DNA from: Eledone cirrhosa
Lineage: Eukaryota
Direction: 5' to 3'
NCBI GenBank assembly: GCA_964016885.1
Contig: OZ024745.1
Coordinates: 30,876,001-30,940,000, forward strand
DNA length: 64,000 nucleotides
Position numbers and translations under genes: made by a program. The notes below the pieces were generated by a model. The model did no database searches. It had not been told where the DNA came from and worked only from the letters and a program-made list of their open reading frames with translations. Shown here one piece after another: positions 12,831 through 25,010 of this stretch; within the stretch, counting starts at the first letter, position 1, and the number at the start of each line of letters is the position of its first letter.

Positions 12831-13440
12831 GTCAGGTCACCAGTTGGTGCTACTGGTAACATGTATCCCAGTACAACCTGTCTCATGGTCGGGTCGTTGG
12901 CGACTAAACTGGCAACCCCACCAAGGTTTCTTGGTGAGGAGGGTGACTTTGGACATCCTGCAAGACTAAAAACAAAACCTGTCAAAGGGCAAAGGAGCTC
13001 TTAAGAGTCAATGGCCATCCAAAATCACCGGGAGAGATGACCCCTTAGCCTTTGTCAAGGCAGAATTCTAGGAGAAGGAAAACTCTGATATAACACCTGC
13101 AACCCTGATGGTATCCAATGATGTTGACTTGTTCTTCGTTTTGGTAAATATCATCTTGGTTAAGAGAGTGGGACTGGCTTTGTGCAGTGCCTTTGCTCAC
13201 TATAAAAGCTTCACGGCACAGGCATTGCTTTATATCTGGAGATCTCTCTGCACTTGTCGTCACATGGTACCATGGGCCCAGCACTATGTGTCAATAATTG
13301 TCACAGGTGTAGTGTTTGTACCAGAGTTTTCAAGTCGCTGACTGGACGAAAAAGTCACACTCGTTCAGCGCATCGGTAGGGGTTCTCCTACATGGATATA
13401 AAGTAGTGGCCGTACTCGAAAACGAGTTGGCAGCCACCAT
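12831..13440 (+). mobile_element. Family A copy 3, full length (about 610 bp), bipartite RTE-derived
   Basis: 5' part is homologous to the RTE 5'UTR at 34905-35322; 3' part encodes C..C.RVFKSL..LKSH..SAH like the RTE C-terminal zinc finger; (GTAT)n on both sides. Confidence 0.88.
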
Positions 13441-13477
13441 GTATGTATGTTTCTTTGTATGTATGTATGTATTATAT

Positions 13478-14254
13478 GTCGGGTCACTCTTGAGTGCTAC
13501 TGGTAATATGTAACCCAGTACAACCTGTCGCATGGCCGGATCGTTGGCGACTAAACCGGCAACCCCACTAACTTTACTTGGTGAGGAGGGTGATTTTGGA
13601 CATCCTGCAGGACAAAAAACAAAACCTTACAAAGGGCGAAAGAACTCATAAGAGTCAACGGCTATCCAAAAATGTGTAAATATGTATATACACATGTACA
13701 TATGTATGTATATATGTATATGCATGTGTGCGTATATATGTGTATATATGTATATGCATGTATATGTATGTATATGCCCGGAAACATAGAAATAGTTGGG
13801 CTGGATACCCAATCGCGTGGTTAAACCACTGGGAATGAAGGACCCCTAGCCTTTGTCAGGGCATTCTTCTAGGAAAAGGCAACTCGGGAAACTAGGATAA
13901 CTCCGATATAAAACCTGCGGCTCAGTAGTTACCGATGATGTTGATCTTTTCTTCTTTTCGGGTTATAGCTACTGTCACTCAGAGAGTGGGATTGGCTCAG
14001 TGTACAGTCTTTCCTCACTTTAAAAAAATCTTCACGCACAGGCATTACATGATAGACTTAATTAATTGTTTCTACTTTAGGCACAAGGCCAGCAATTACC
14101 CAGTACATTACTGGTACTTTATTTTATCGACCCCGTAAGGATGAAAGGCAAAGTTAACCTCGGCGGGATTTGAACTCTGTAGAATTAATTAATAATTATT
14201 AATAATGGTATATCGTGCAACGGCTATACTCGATAACGAGGGGGCAGCCATCAT
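13478..14254 (+). mobile_element. Family B bipartite RTE-derived element interrupted by a SINE
   Basis: About 13590-14022 closely matches 34905-35322 (minus strand); 3' tail ...CTCGATAACGAGGGGGCAGCCATCAT + (GTAT)n; a second tail copy at 19051-19126 (minus). Confidence 0.8.
14067..14178 (-). mobile_element. 5'-truncated tRNA-SINE nested in family B
   Basis: TSD AGACTTAATTAAT (14054-14066) / AGAATTAATTAAT (14181-14193). Confidence 0.8.
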
Positions 14255-15307
14255 GTCATGTATGTATGTATGTATGTATGTATGTATGTATGTATGTATG
14301 TATATATGTATGTATGTGAGTGTGTGTAGTATGTGTGTGTATATACATGCACATTTATTCATAGATGTATGTGTGCATATGTGAGGCAGACAGAAAATGA
14401 GAGTTAAAGCATTAAAATAAACAGAGAACGATTATTTAATGTCTATATGTCAATACATGTTTTAGGAGGTGTTGGTGATACACAAAAGTCATATGAAATA
14501 AAGCACAAGAAAATAGTACTTTATATTTCGTCTGTATACATGTTTAGATACCAGTATTTGTTCTGGCTCTTTACATTCTGAGTTCAAATCCCACAATAAT
14601 AAACTTCGCCTTTCATCCAGTACCAGTCCTGTATTCGGGTCGATATAATCAATCAACTCCCATCCTTTTCTAAATTGCTGGTCTTGTGCTTTAATTAGAA
14701 ACCATGAGTGGTGGACTGACAGAATTGGTAGAGCATCTAATAAAATGCTATTGCGCTATTTATTCCAGCCCTTTACGTTCTGAGCTCAAATCCTGCCGTA
14801 GTCAACTTTGCCTTTCATCCTCTCGGGGTCGGGTCTATAAAATAAAGTACTTGTCATGTACTCAGGTTCATATAATCCATTCTACTCCCTTCTCAAATTA
14901 CTTCCTTGGGTATTAATTAGAAACCATGGGTGGTTGACTGGCAGAATTGGTAGAGCGTCCAATAAAATAGCATTGCGATGTATAGTCCGGTCCTTTGTGT
15001 TCTAAGTTCAAATCCTGTCGAGGTTAGCTTTGCCTTTCATTCTTCCAGTGGCCGGGTCTATAAAATACCAGTAAAGTACTGGGGTTGAGTTAACTTTATT
15101 CTTTCCCCCAATTTGCTGGCCCTGTGACAAAATAGCTGCCTTTGGAGGAAAGTTGAGCATTAAAAATGATTGCATAACTTTTATTCTAACACCAGTCAGG
15201 GTTTCCCGCCCCTTAACTCTCACCCCCTCTCTCTCTCTCTCTCTCTCGCACTCGGTCTCCCACCCTCTTTCTTTCTTTCCACCTTCCTCCTCTCTCTCTC
15301 ATTCCCT

Positions 15308-15633
15308 CTCCATCTCTCTCTTCCCCTCTCCCTCTTAATCACACTCTCACTCTCGCTCCCTCGCTCCCCCTCTCTCTCTTATTATACATATCTCTTTCCA
15401 TCTCTCTCGTTCCTCCATCTCTCTCTTCCCCTCTCCCTCTTTATCACACTCTCACTCTCGCTCCCTCTCTCCCCCTCTCTCTCTTATTATACATATCTCT
15501 TTCCATCTCTCTCGTTCCTCCATCTCTCTCTTCCCCTCTCCCTCTTTATCACACTCTCACTCTCGCACCCTCTATCCCCTTCTCTCTCTTATTGTACATA
15601 TCTCTTTCCATCTCTCTCATTCCTCCATCTCTC
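15308..15633. repeat. 105-bp CT-rich tandem repeat, 3 units
   Basis: Unit starts at 15308, 15413, 15518 and 15623. Confidence 0.9.
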
Positions 15634-16013
15634 CTCTTCTCCCTTTATCATTCCCTCTCTCTCTCTCTCTCTTTATGTCTACGCTATTCATACTATTGTT
15701 ACTGCTGTTGCTGTCGTTGTTCTATAGACAATACACAGTGAATATAAACCAGGTAAGTTGTGGGCAGCAATCCTAGTTCACCTTTATTTTATTTTATATA
15801 GTTTATGACATATTTTCAGTTTTTTTAACCTTCATTCGTTCAAGCGTATCTGTGTCAACCGGCGTTAAAAAGAAAGACACATACACGCATACAGGTGCAC
15901 GCGCACATACGCATACACACGCATATACACACTCACGCGCATACGCACACACACATACACAAGCACACACACATACACGCACACACGCACATATATATAT
16001 ATATATATATATA

Positions 16014-16059
<46 letters not shown>

Positions 16060-17034
16060 CACACATACACACACACATACATTTCAAAAGTGGAAGAGAG
16101 AGACCGAGATAGAGAAGAGTTACAGTGAAAGAGAGAGAAATATGAAGTTTAAGAAAGACTTGGAGAGTGAGGGAAAGAGAGAGAATGAAGATGGGGAAGA
16201 GAGAGATTAATCGAGAGTGAAAGAGAGAGAAAGAGAGACTGAATAAGAGAAAGAGAGACTGAATAAGAGAAAGATATTTTATAACATTTCTAAATCTTGT
16301 TAAACCATAGTTTCCTGGGAATCACTGATGCAACTGAAAGGAAATGATCTAGAATTGAAACCATCTCATTACATTCACGATTAACCAGAAGCTATCTTCT
16401 TCGTTTAAAACACTTATGGAAGCAACTCACAGAGCGTCACACATCTACACACACATTCAACCACTTACATAGTAAAGTTTGAACTAAATCAGACAGCTAG
16501 TTATTAAAGGATTTTTTTCTTTTCTTATATGTGAATCACAAACAAAAATGTATTGTGTATATAATTGATGGATTTCTCTGTCAATTGCAATGGTGAGCAA
16601 TTGTGTTGTTTGGTCAACTGGTTTCGTACTCGGGAAATTAACGTGTAAGCGGTTGAGGATTCCAAAGGCACGTGTACTCTTATGCCGCTAGAACAATTTT
16701 CCTAAAACTTGGTAATTTAGAAAATGTGCGCCCCTATATTTTGTATTAATTCACATACCCTTACTTTCATATGCGTATTTATTTTGGTGAAAAATAAAAT
16801 AAAGATAATGATATCAGTCTATCAGTTGTATTACAGATTAGCATTATAACTGATGGAGATTATGCCATCCCAACCTCATCTTCCTCTTGGCCCACTCTGG
16901 CTCCTCCCAGGATGTTGTGGCCCTTTTGAGTCCTTAAGTGGGAGACTAATTTGAATATACGATATGTTTAAATATAAAAAGAAACACACGAGAATGTTGC
17001 TATGAATTTCTAAAGCTGTGATCAAGACACAGGT

Positions 17035-17345
17035 AGGCGGTGAATTAGCAAATTCGTTAGAACGTCGTATATATCCGTATTTGCAGTATTTGTTCCGGCT
17101 CTCTGCAATCTGAGTTCAAATTCCGCCGAAGTGAACTTTGCCTTTCATCCTTTCAAGGTCGATAATAAACGTGCCAATCGAATACTGAGGTCGATTCTTT
17201 CTTTATATCGTTTTTCTCACTTCTCTTTATCATTCTCTCTCCTTCTCTGGAAGAAATCGGTTGTGTTCAGACTTAGAGAGAAGATAAGCTCCACCAGGTT
17301 TAATAAATGCCCAAGAAACGCTGTATGACAATCGGCACCCATACG
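17035..17345 (+). mobile_element. tRNA-SINE variant with an alternative 3' tail (second copy at about 26435-26735)
   Basis: Same head and central domain, then a shared tail CTCTGGAAGAAATC..TGTGTTCA...GCCGTATG.CAAT.GGC.CCC.TAC in both copies. Confidence 0.7.
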
Positions 17346-17440
17346 ATGGTGTTATGGGTTCGTTCGTTTGTACGTACGTACGTATACATACATACATACA
17401 TACATACATACATACATACATACATACATACATACATACA

Positions 17441-17471
<31 letters not shown>

Positions 17472-18273
17472 GTGATAACAAGTGCAGACTCTGCAGAACT
17501 AACATCGAGGATATAACCCATGTCATCAGCAGCTGTCCAAAGATGTCATCGCGGTACTATCTACCTATGAGGCATGATGTAATGGCCAAAACACTATACA
17601 ATGCAGTTCGTAAAAAAGATAGCCCCAATAATTAAAAGCTACAGCAATGTGGAAGACATCCATGTACATATTATGAAAGAGTACTGGTGGAATGTTCCAG
17701 TAAAAACCCCAATAAAATGCAGGCACAACAGACCAGATATTATGATATGGGACAGGGAGAAGAAAGCATGCACAGTAGTGGAAATTAGCTGCCCAACAGA
17801 TGCCAATATAATATCAAAGATTAGCGAAAAGGAGAATATTTATGCAGAACTAATGAGAAATCTGCAGATACTCCATCCTGATTACACCTTCAGATGTATG
17901 CCTGTGATTATTGGGGCACTGGGGTATGTTAGTAACTGCCTCAATACAAATCTTGAGAAGCTAGATTTCACAGGAACAGAAAGAACACAACTAGTTAGGA
18001 AATTACAAGTACAATCCATTAATGGAACAGTAAAAATATGTAAAACATTCCAAAGATTTTGCATGTACAGATGCAAATCATATACACATGCACACATACA
18101 ACTCAAAACATACACATCCACACATACAATAACATCCATATCTACACATGCATGCATACATAATCTACCTAGTTGATGTTGTGTAAATTCCAATGAGAGA
18201 GTCTTGTAACTATGTTAGAAACCGACCCTCTCTCTCTATTGGCAAAAATTTGTGAAATTATAAAACCAGAAGA
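17472..18273 (+). mobile_element. R4/Dong-like RLE LINE 3' fragment in (TACA)n
   Basis: CRLC...EDITHVISSC zinc knuckle, RHD, then NRPDIMIWD...VEISCP restriction-like endonuclease and IIGALG; one frameshift; (CATA)n on both sides. Confidence 0.9.
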
Positions 18274-18307
18274 ACATACATACATACATACATACATACA
18301 TACATAC

Positions 18308-18912
18308 ATGGTGGCTGCCAACTCGTTTTCGAGTACGGCCACTACTTTATATCCATGTAGGAGAACTCCTACCGATGCGCTGAACGAGTGTGACTTTTTA
18401 GTCCAGACAGCGACTTGAAAACTCTGGTACAAACACTACACTTGTGACAATTATTGACACATAGTGCTGGGCCCATGATACCATGTGATGACAAGTGCAG
18501 AGAGATCTCCAGATATAAAAAATGCCTGTGCCGTGAAGCTTTTATAGTGAGCAAAGGCACTGCACAAAGCCAGTCCCACTCTCTTAAACAAGATGATATT
18601 TACTAAAAAGAAGAACAAGTCAACATCATTGGATACCATCAGAGTTGCAGGTGTTATATCAGAGTTTTCCTTCTCCTAGAATTCTGCCTTGACAAAGGCT
18701 AAGGGGTCATCTCTCCCGGTGATTTTGGATGGCCATTGACTCTTAAGAGCTCCTTTGCCCTTTGACAGGTTTTGTTTTTAGTCCTGCAGGATGTCCAAAG
18801 TCACCCTCCTCACCAAGAAACCTTGGTGGGGTTGCCAGTTTAGTCGCCAACGACCCGACCATGAGACAGGTTGTACTGGGATACATGTTACCAGTAGCAC
18901 CAACTGGTGACC
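18308..18912 (-). mobile_element. Family A copy 4
   Basis: Reverse complement of 12831-13440; (CATA)n flanks. Confidence 0.88.
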
Positions 18913-18913
18913 A

Positions 18914-18947
<34 letters not shown>

Positions 18948-20139
18948 CAAGATTTTCCTCAAAATCGATGTTGCATGGTTGCTGTGGGACCTTCTTAGTT
19001 CTTGGGCCCTGGAACAAAGTACCGGCTGGACCCCCTCTCATAGGCCCTGAATGATGGCTGCCCCCTCGTTATCGAGTATGGCCATTGCACGATATAACTT
19101 TATTAATAATTATCAATTAATGCTAGCGTGCAATGAATAAAGTAAGCCCAAATCATAGTAGATTCAAATATCACAGAGAGACGGAGGGGGGAGAAATGAA
19201 GTGCAACAGAAATGAAACATAGATTACAGGTTAAAATATAGTCTAGTTAATGTGAAACAAAACGAGGATGTAGTTTATGGAACACCCAAATGATTTAGAA
19301 GTCGACCTTAAGTAGGAGAAATAACATTAAGAAAGACATGAACGACACCACATCATTTTGTTTTGAAAATTTTGAAAGTAGGTTTATAAGTATGAATTTT
19401 CATAAGCTTTTCGTAGTTGTCTCTGTGGACTAACGCTAGGTACTTGAGACGGTGGAAATCCTGGTCAAGAGGTACATGTAACCATTATCTTGTTTTTATT
19501 TTACAACCAATAGAAAAAAAACTGAAAATGTTTACCGGGAACCCTATTTCCGATCAAGATCGAACTTCAGACCAGGATCACCACCGTCTACGATTCCTCC
19601 AACTAGGTCACCGAGACAGCTACAAAAGTATAATGAAAATTGATAATTATAAACCTACTTTCAAAATCAAAGTTAAAAAGATGTGGTGTCGTTCATGGCT
19701 TTCCTAGAGCTATTAGTAATATTTACGGTCGACTTCTGGTCATTATTGAAAGTCTCTAGATTTCGCAAAATACAAAATATTTTTTATTGGAGAAGGTAAC
19801 ATATTTTTCCGCAAAAATTTGATTGCACTGTTTTGTTTCCACTTATGTATTTTTCGAAAATGTTATTTATTCATTATGAAAATTAAATGATAGCATTCTA
19901 TGTGTAGGTGGGCCCCCTTCATCTCCTGGCAACCAATATTTTTAGACCCAGTCCGCCACTGTACATACATACAAACATACATAGGTATCCCAGTAGAAAA
20001 GGTAAAGTCAATCGTTTCATCGGGGAATTCTGTCTCGTGGAATTCGAAACGGTTGACAACTTTCATTTGTAATGTCTTATTCAAAAAACATTTTACCGCA
20101 TGAATCTTACCAATCGGGAAGTCGGCAATCTATATATAT

Positions 20140-20556
20140 ACATTATGTGGAAGAGTACGGCAAAAATAGAGAGACGGTTGAACGCTTTCCACCAGCGTTG
20201 CCTGCGAAAGATCCTTCGTGTGTCCTGGCGCGACCGAGTGCGAAACGAGGAGATCCTGCGGAGAGCCGAGTCGTGGATGCTACAGAGAGTGGTCACGGAG
20301 CGTCGGTGCTGTCTGGCTGGCCATATTCTGCGTCTGCCAAATGAACGGCATTCGAAAACAGCGATGAACTGGACTCCGCCTGGCGGTAAACGGAGGCGGG
20401 GTTCTCCAAGGATCACCTGGAGACGAACGTTCCAGAAGGACCTGATGGCAGTCAACATCACCTGGCACGGTCTCGAAAAAGTTGCCGCTGATCGTGACCG
20501 TTGGCGAGTACTTACTGCTCGATGAGCCGAACGGCGCGGAAGAATCTAAGACTAAG
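20140..20556 (+). mobile_element. RTE LINE 3' fragment
   Basis: LNAFHQRCLRKIL.VSWRDRVRNEEIL...GHILR...KRRRG.PR.TW...DRDRWR is a typical RTE C-terminus. Confidence 0.88.
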
Positions 20557-20671
20557 ATACATACATATACGTATATAAATATATGTGTGTATGTGTATGT
20601 GTGTGTATATATATATACACACATATATATATATATATATATAGGGAGAGATGTGTATATATATATATATA

Positions 20672-21078
20672 GGGAGAGATGACCCCTTAGCCTTTGTCAA
20701 GGCAGAATTCTAGGAGAAGGAAAACTCTGATATAACACCTGCAACCCTGATGGTATCCAATGATGTTGACTTGTTCTTCTTTTTGGTAAATATCATCTTG
20801 GTTAAGAGAGTGGGACTGGCTTTGTGCAGTGCCTTTTCTCACTATAAAAGCTTCACGGCACAGGCATTGCTTTATATCTGGAGATCTCTCTGCACTTGTC
20901 GTCACATGGTACCATGGGCCCAGCACTATGTGTCAATAATTGTCACAAGTGTAGTGTTTGTACCAGAGTTTTCAAGTCGCTGGCTGGACTAAAAAGTCAC
21001 ATTCGTTCAGCGCATCGGTAGGGGTTCTCCTACATGGATATAAAGTAGTGGCCGTACTCGAAAACGAGTTGGCAGCCA

Positions 21079-21082
<4 letters not shown>
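20672..21082 (+). mobile_element. Family A copy 5 (5'-truncated)
   Basis: Matches 13030-13440. Confidence 0.88.
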
Positions 21083-21135
<53 letters not shown>

Positions 21136-21239
21136 GGCGTGCGTGTTTAGTGGGTTGTGTAGTTTTTTTGTATAGCGTGCGGTTTAGGGTAAGGTAAGAA
21201 GAGTAAGCTATAGGGAGAAGCTAGAATAGAATAAAATAC

Positions 21240-21279
<40 letters not shown>

Positions 21280-21547
21280 TATATAAGATATTAGTTAACG
21301 TTTATTAGGCTGATATTTAACACCAGTCTCGTCGGTGGGGGGTATCTTTCCACCTCGATAGTTTTATTATGTCCAATAAAAACTTACTATTACGATTTGT
21401 CTTACAATTAAAGTATGCAGAACACGTTTACAATAACGCCGTAGGATTTACATTAATGATTACAGATATGTGACTAAGCGTGGTAATCTATTTATTTATT
21501 TAGATTTTATTTATTTACTTATTGTTGTTATTATTATTATTTTTATT

Positions 21548-24500
21548 CCTTGAGTCTCGGTCATTGATGTTATTTAACTGGAAAGTTTGTTGAAATGAAT
21601 ATCAAGCCGCTACCTGCAGCCTCAGATATTCAGGACGTATCGGAGGGTTCTTGCTGTTCCCAGCAAGCATGCCTTTTGAAGTGTTCCAAAAAGCGGGGCT
21701 GGACTAATCTTCTTTAACCATCCTTGGAAACTCTTTGAGATAGTACCTAGTGCGCCTATGACTTCATGGCAGTTCCAAATCCTTTGAGTCCTGGTATCGG
21801 TTAATTTTCTCCCTCTCCTTTTCTTGCACTCTCGTGTCAAATAGGGAGGCTACATCTACAATCAGGCACGATCTTTTTTCCTTGTCCAAAACTACCAGGT
21901 CAGGCCTATTGTGTTCTAATTTCTTGTCCGTCTGTATCCTAAAATCCCATAGCACCTTCACCTGATCGTTTTCTATCACCGACTCTGGCTTATGCTCATA
22001 CCACTTCTCAGAATGTGGTAAATTGTTTACTTTGCATAGGTACCAGTGGATCACCCTGCCTATCACATCATGTCTCTAGCCTTTATAGTGAGTCTGGGCT
22101 AGGTGTTTACACTCGGATACAATATGAGCTACAGTCTCCTCTCTCTCTCTCCACAGATCCTACACAGTGGGCTAGCCTCCTCCTTGTAAATATGGTGTTT
22201 CACCCACTTCGTTCTGAGGGCCTGCTCTTGCGCAGCCATTAGCATTCCTTCTGTAACCTTTTTAAGGTCTCCTCTTTTTAACCAGTTCCATGTCTGTGGA
22301 TCTCTAAATTCAGTTTTCTTAAAGAAGGTACTATGAAGGGATTTTTCATGAAGGTTGCTCTTCCTCTTTGTTGTTATTTCCTCCTTGGACATCCCCTGGT
22401 CTATTGTCTTCTCCTTCAGTACAATTTTGAGCATTGGCTCCCTACTGTCAGTCACGTATTTGTGCAGGTTGTTTTTCTCCATCTGAACACAGTCCTCTAT
22501 GCTAAGTCCTCTTCCACCTTCAGTGGAACATGTTGTAGATAGTCAATAGCTTCATAGTCTTCCTATCCATTTCTTTTTGTTCAGCAACATTCCATTTCAG
22601 AATTCCCGCACTGTACCTAATAATAGACACAGCTCGGGAATTCACTGAACTTATGACATTCCTACTATTTAGATGTGATTTTAATACGCTCCTTACTCTC
22701 CTAATGTACTCATATCTTATCAATTCCTTCATTTTTTTTGTTCTTGATGTCATCTGCCTCCAGAACACCTAAATATTTGTATCCTCCTTCAGAGTCAATT
22801 TCCTTTATCATCTCACCCGTTGGTACCTCGATTCCGTCGCTTCTGCTCAATTTACCCCTCTTCATCACTAGGACTCCACACTTATTAATACCAAATTCCA
22901 TACATATATCATTGCTGAAAATACGGACAGTGTTAACAAGTGCATCCAACTCCTTCTCACTCTTCCCAAAGAGTTTAAGATCGTCCATGAAAAGAAGGTG
23001 GTTGATGGTAAGCTCTCCTTTTCCCAACTTGTATCCTGCTCTCACTTTTCGCAATATAATGGTCAGGGGTATCAGGGCAAGGACAAACAGCAGAGGGGAC
23101 AAACTATCTCCCTTGAAGATACTTCTCTTGATCTTCACGCCTCCCAAGGATTCTCCACCCGATGTTAATTCTGTTTCCCAGGACTTCATACTTTTGCTCA
23201 ACAACTGTTTGATGTTATCTGCCACCTTGAAGATCTCTAGGCTTTTAGTTATCCAAGAATGAGGTACCATGTCGAATGCCTTTTTGTAATCTATCCATCC
23301 CATGGCAAGACCAGTGTGTCTCCTCATGAAATTCCTCATTACCATCTTATCAATAAGTAACTGGTCTTTTGTACCACGGGACTTCTTTCGGCATCCTTCC
23401 TGTTCGTCCGGTAACAAGTTGTTTATGTGGAGGTGATGGTAGATTTCCTCAGACACAATGCTTGTTAACAGTTTCCACATTACGGACAGACATGTGATAG
23501 GTCTATAGTTGGTAACATCATTACCCTTGGTTCGGTCTTTCATTACCAGAACTGTGGTACCTTTTGTCAACCACTCTGGTACTTCACCTGACATCAAGCA
23601 GTCATTGAACATGGTTGTCAGTTTCGGGTGGAGGGATTTTATATTTTTAACCCAATACCCCTGCACACCATCTGGGCCTGGTGATTTCCAGTTGGTTAGT
23701 TTACTGGCCTGCCCCTTAAGAGTTTCAACTGTGATACTCAAATCAGTTTGTTGGTGTACCTGTTCACTAATCTCCTTTTGTACTGTCTCAATCCACACTG
23801 CCTGATCATTATGTTCAACATCCTGCTCCCATATTCCTCTCCAGAATGTCTTAGTTTGTTCCGCCTCAGGGATCAAGTCGTTGCCTCTTTCTTTCCCTTC
23901 AAGCTGTCCAAACAACATCTTCTGGTTGTTGTCAAACATGCGGTTCTGTCTATACTGACTGACTCTGCTCTCGTATCGCCTAATCTTTGCGCTCTTTGCT
24001 ACAATGCGTTGCTTCAGTTCCTCTATGATAATATTTAGCTTTTTCCTCCTAGTTTTGTACTTTATTTCCAGTCTATTTTTAGTGTCTATGTTTTGTAGTG
24101 TCCCACTCAGTAGGGACTCAAGCTTTCCAATGTCATTTCTCATTTCCCTGATTTGACCATTCAGTTGTTTCTTCCACCAAGGTTCTGATCTTTCTTGTTT
24201 GTTGTTTCCTCTCGCTTTTATGCGAAGTAATTTCCTCACCACATTTGAAGTTGCTTTGAGGATATTGTTGCACTGGTGAAGGTTCCTCGCCTCAAGGTAT
24301 GGGATGACTTTGTTTACCTTAGCTGTTGTTTCTTTTAACTTTTTTCCTGTCTACAAATCTTAGGTTCATAGGGTTTCGACTATCATTGTTCATTTCATCT
24401 ACCACTAAGTTTAGGATATCAACCAAATCTTGTCCTAGCCCGTCAGCATTCATTTCCTCAATGGCCGTATCTTTGTTCCAGGTATTATTTATTTCAGCAT

Positions 24501-24564
24501 TCAGATCATTGTCTGCTTCGGATGCTTCCTCCGTTCTCTCAACCTCTTCACCGTCATCTCCTTC
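21548..24564 (-). mobile_element. R4/Dong-like RLE LINE, 5'-truncated and frameshifted, in (TAA)n
   Basis: RT ORF 22710-24242 (KSPGPDG, NYRPITCL, WIDYKKAFDMVPH, GDSLSPLLF, HLLFMDDLKL, YKYLG); CRICG knuckle; HNRPDLVV...IVDVA endonuclease; TTA repeats at both ends. Confidence 0.93.
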
Positions 24565-24603
24565 ATTATTATTATTATTATTATTATTATTGTTGTTATT
24601 ACT

Positions 24604-24748
24604 CTTTGAGTCTCAGTCATTGATGTTAGTTAACTGGAAAGTTTGTTGAAATGAATATCAAGCCACTACCTGCAGCCTCAGATATTCAGGACGTATCGGA
24701 GGGTTCTTGCTGTTCCCAGCAAGCATGCCTTTTGAAGCGTTCCAAAAA
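24604..24748 (-). mobile_element. Second short 3' fragment of the same Dong-like LINE
   Basis: Near-identical to 21550-21692; separated from the main copy by (TTA)n. Confidence 0.9.
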
Positions 24749-24969
24749 GAGTGAAGGGGCCAATTTTCTTATTATTATTATTATTATTATTATTTCAATT
24801 TTCATTTTTATTGTTTATATATATATATGTTTCTATGTCCTTATTTTTCTTTTCTTATATAAATAATAAAAATATTTACACGCACAGAACCCACATCGTA
24901 CCGTCCTGTACCGTCCTGTGCCGTCTGTAATGTTTTTCTTGATGTCAGCCTTTGTGACCAATAAAGAAA

Positions 24970-25010
<41 letters not shown>

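Noticed and set aside
12831-12950. HDV-like or twister fold for the family A head
   Set aside because: Could not place P1/P3/L3/P1.1 or the twister pseudoknots consistently across the three variants; left unassigned
19417-19707. Open coding-like stretch after a plausible acceptor at 19513
   Set aside because: No recognisable domain, ambiguous frame, no convincing donor
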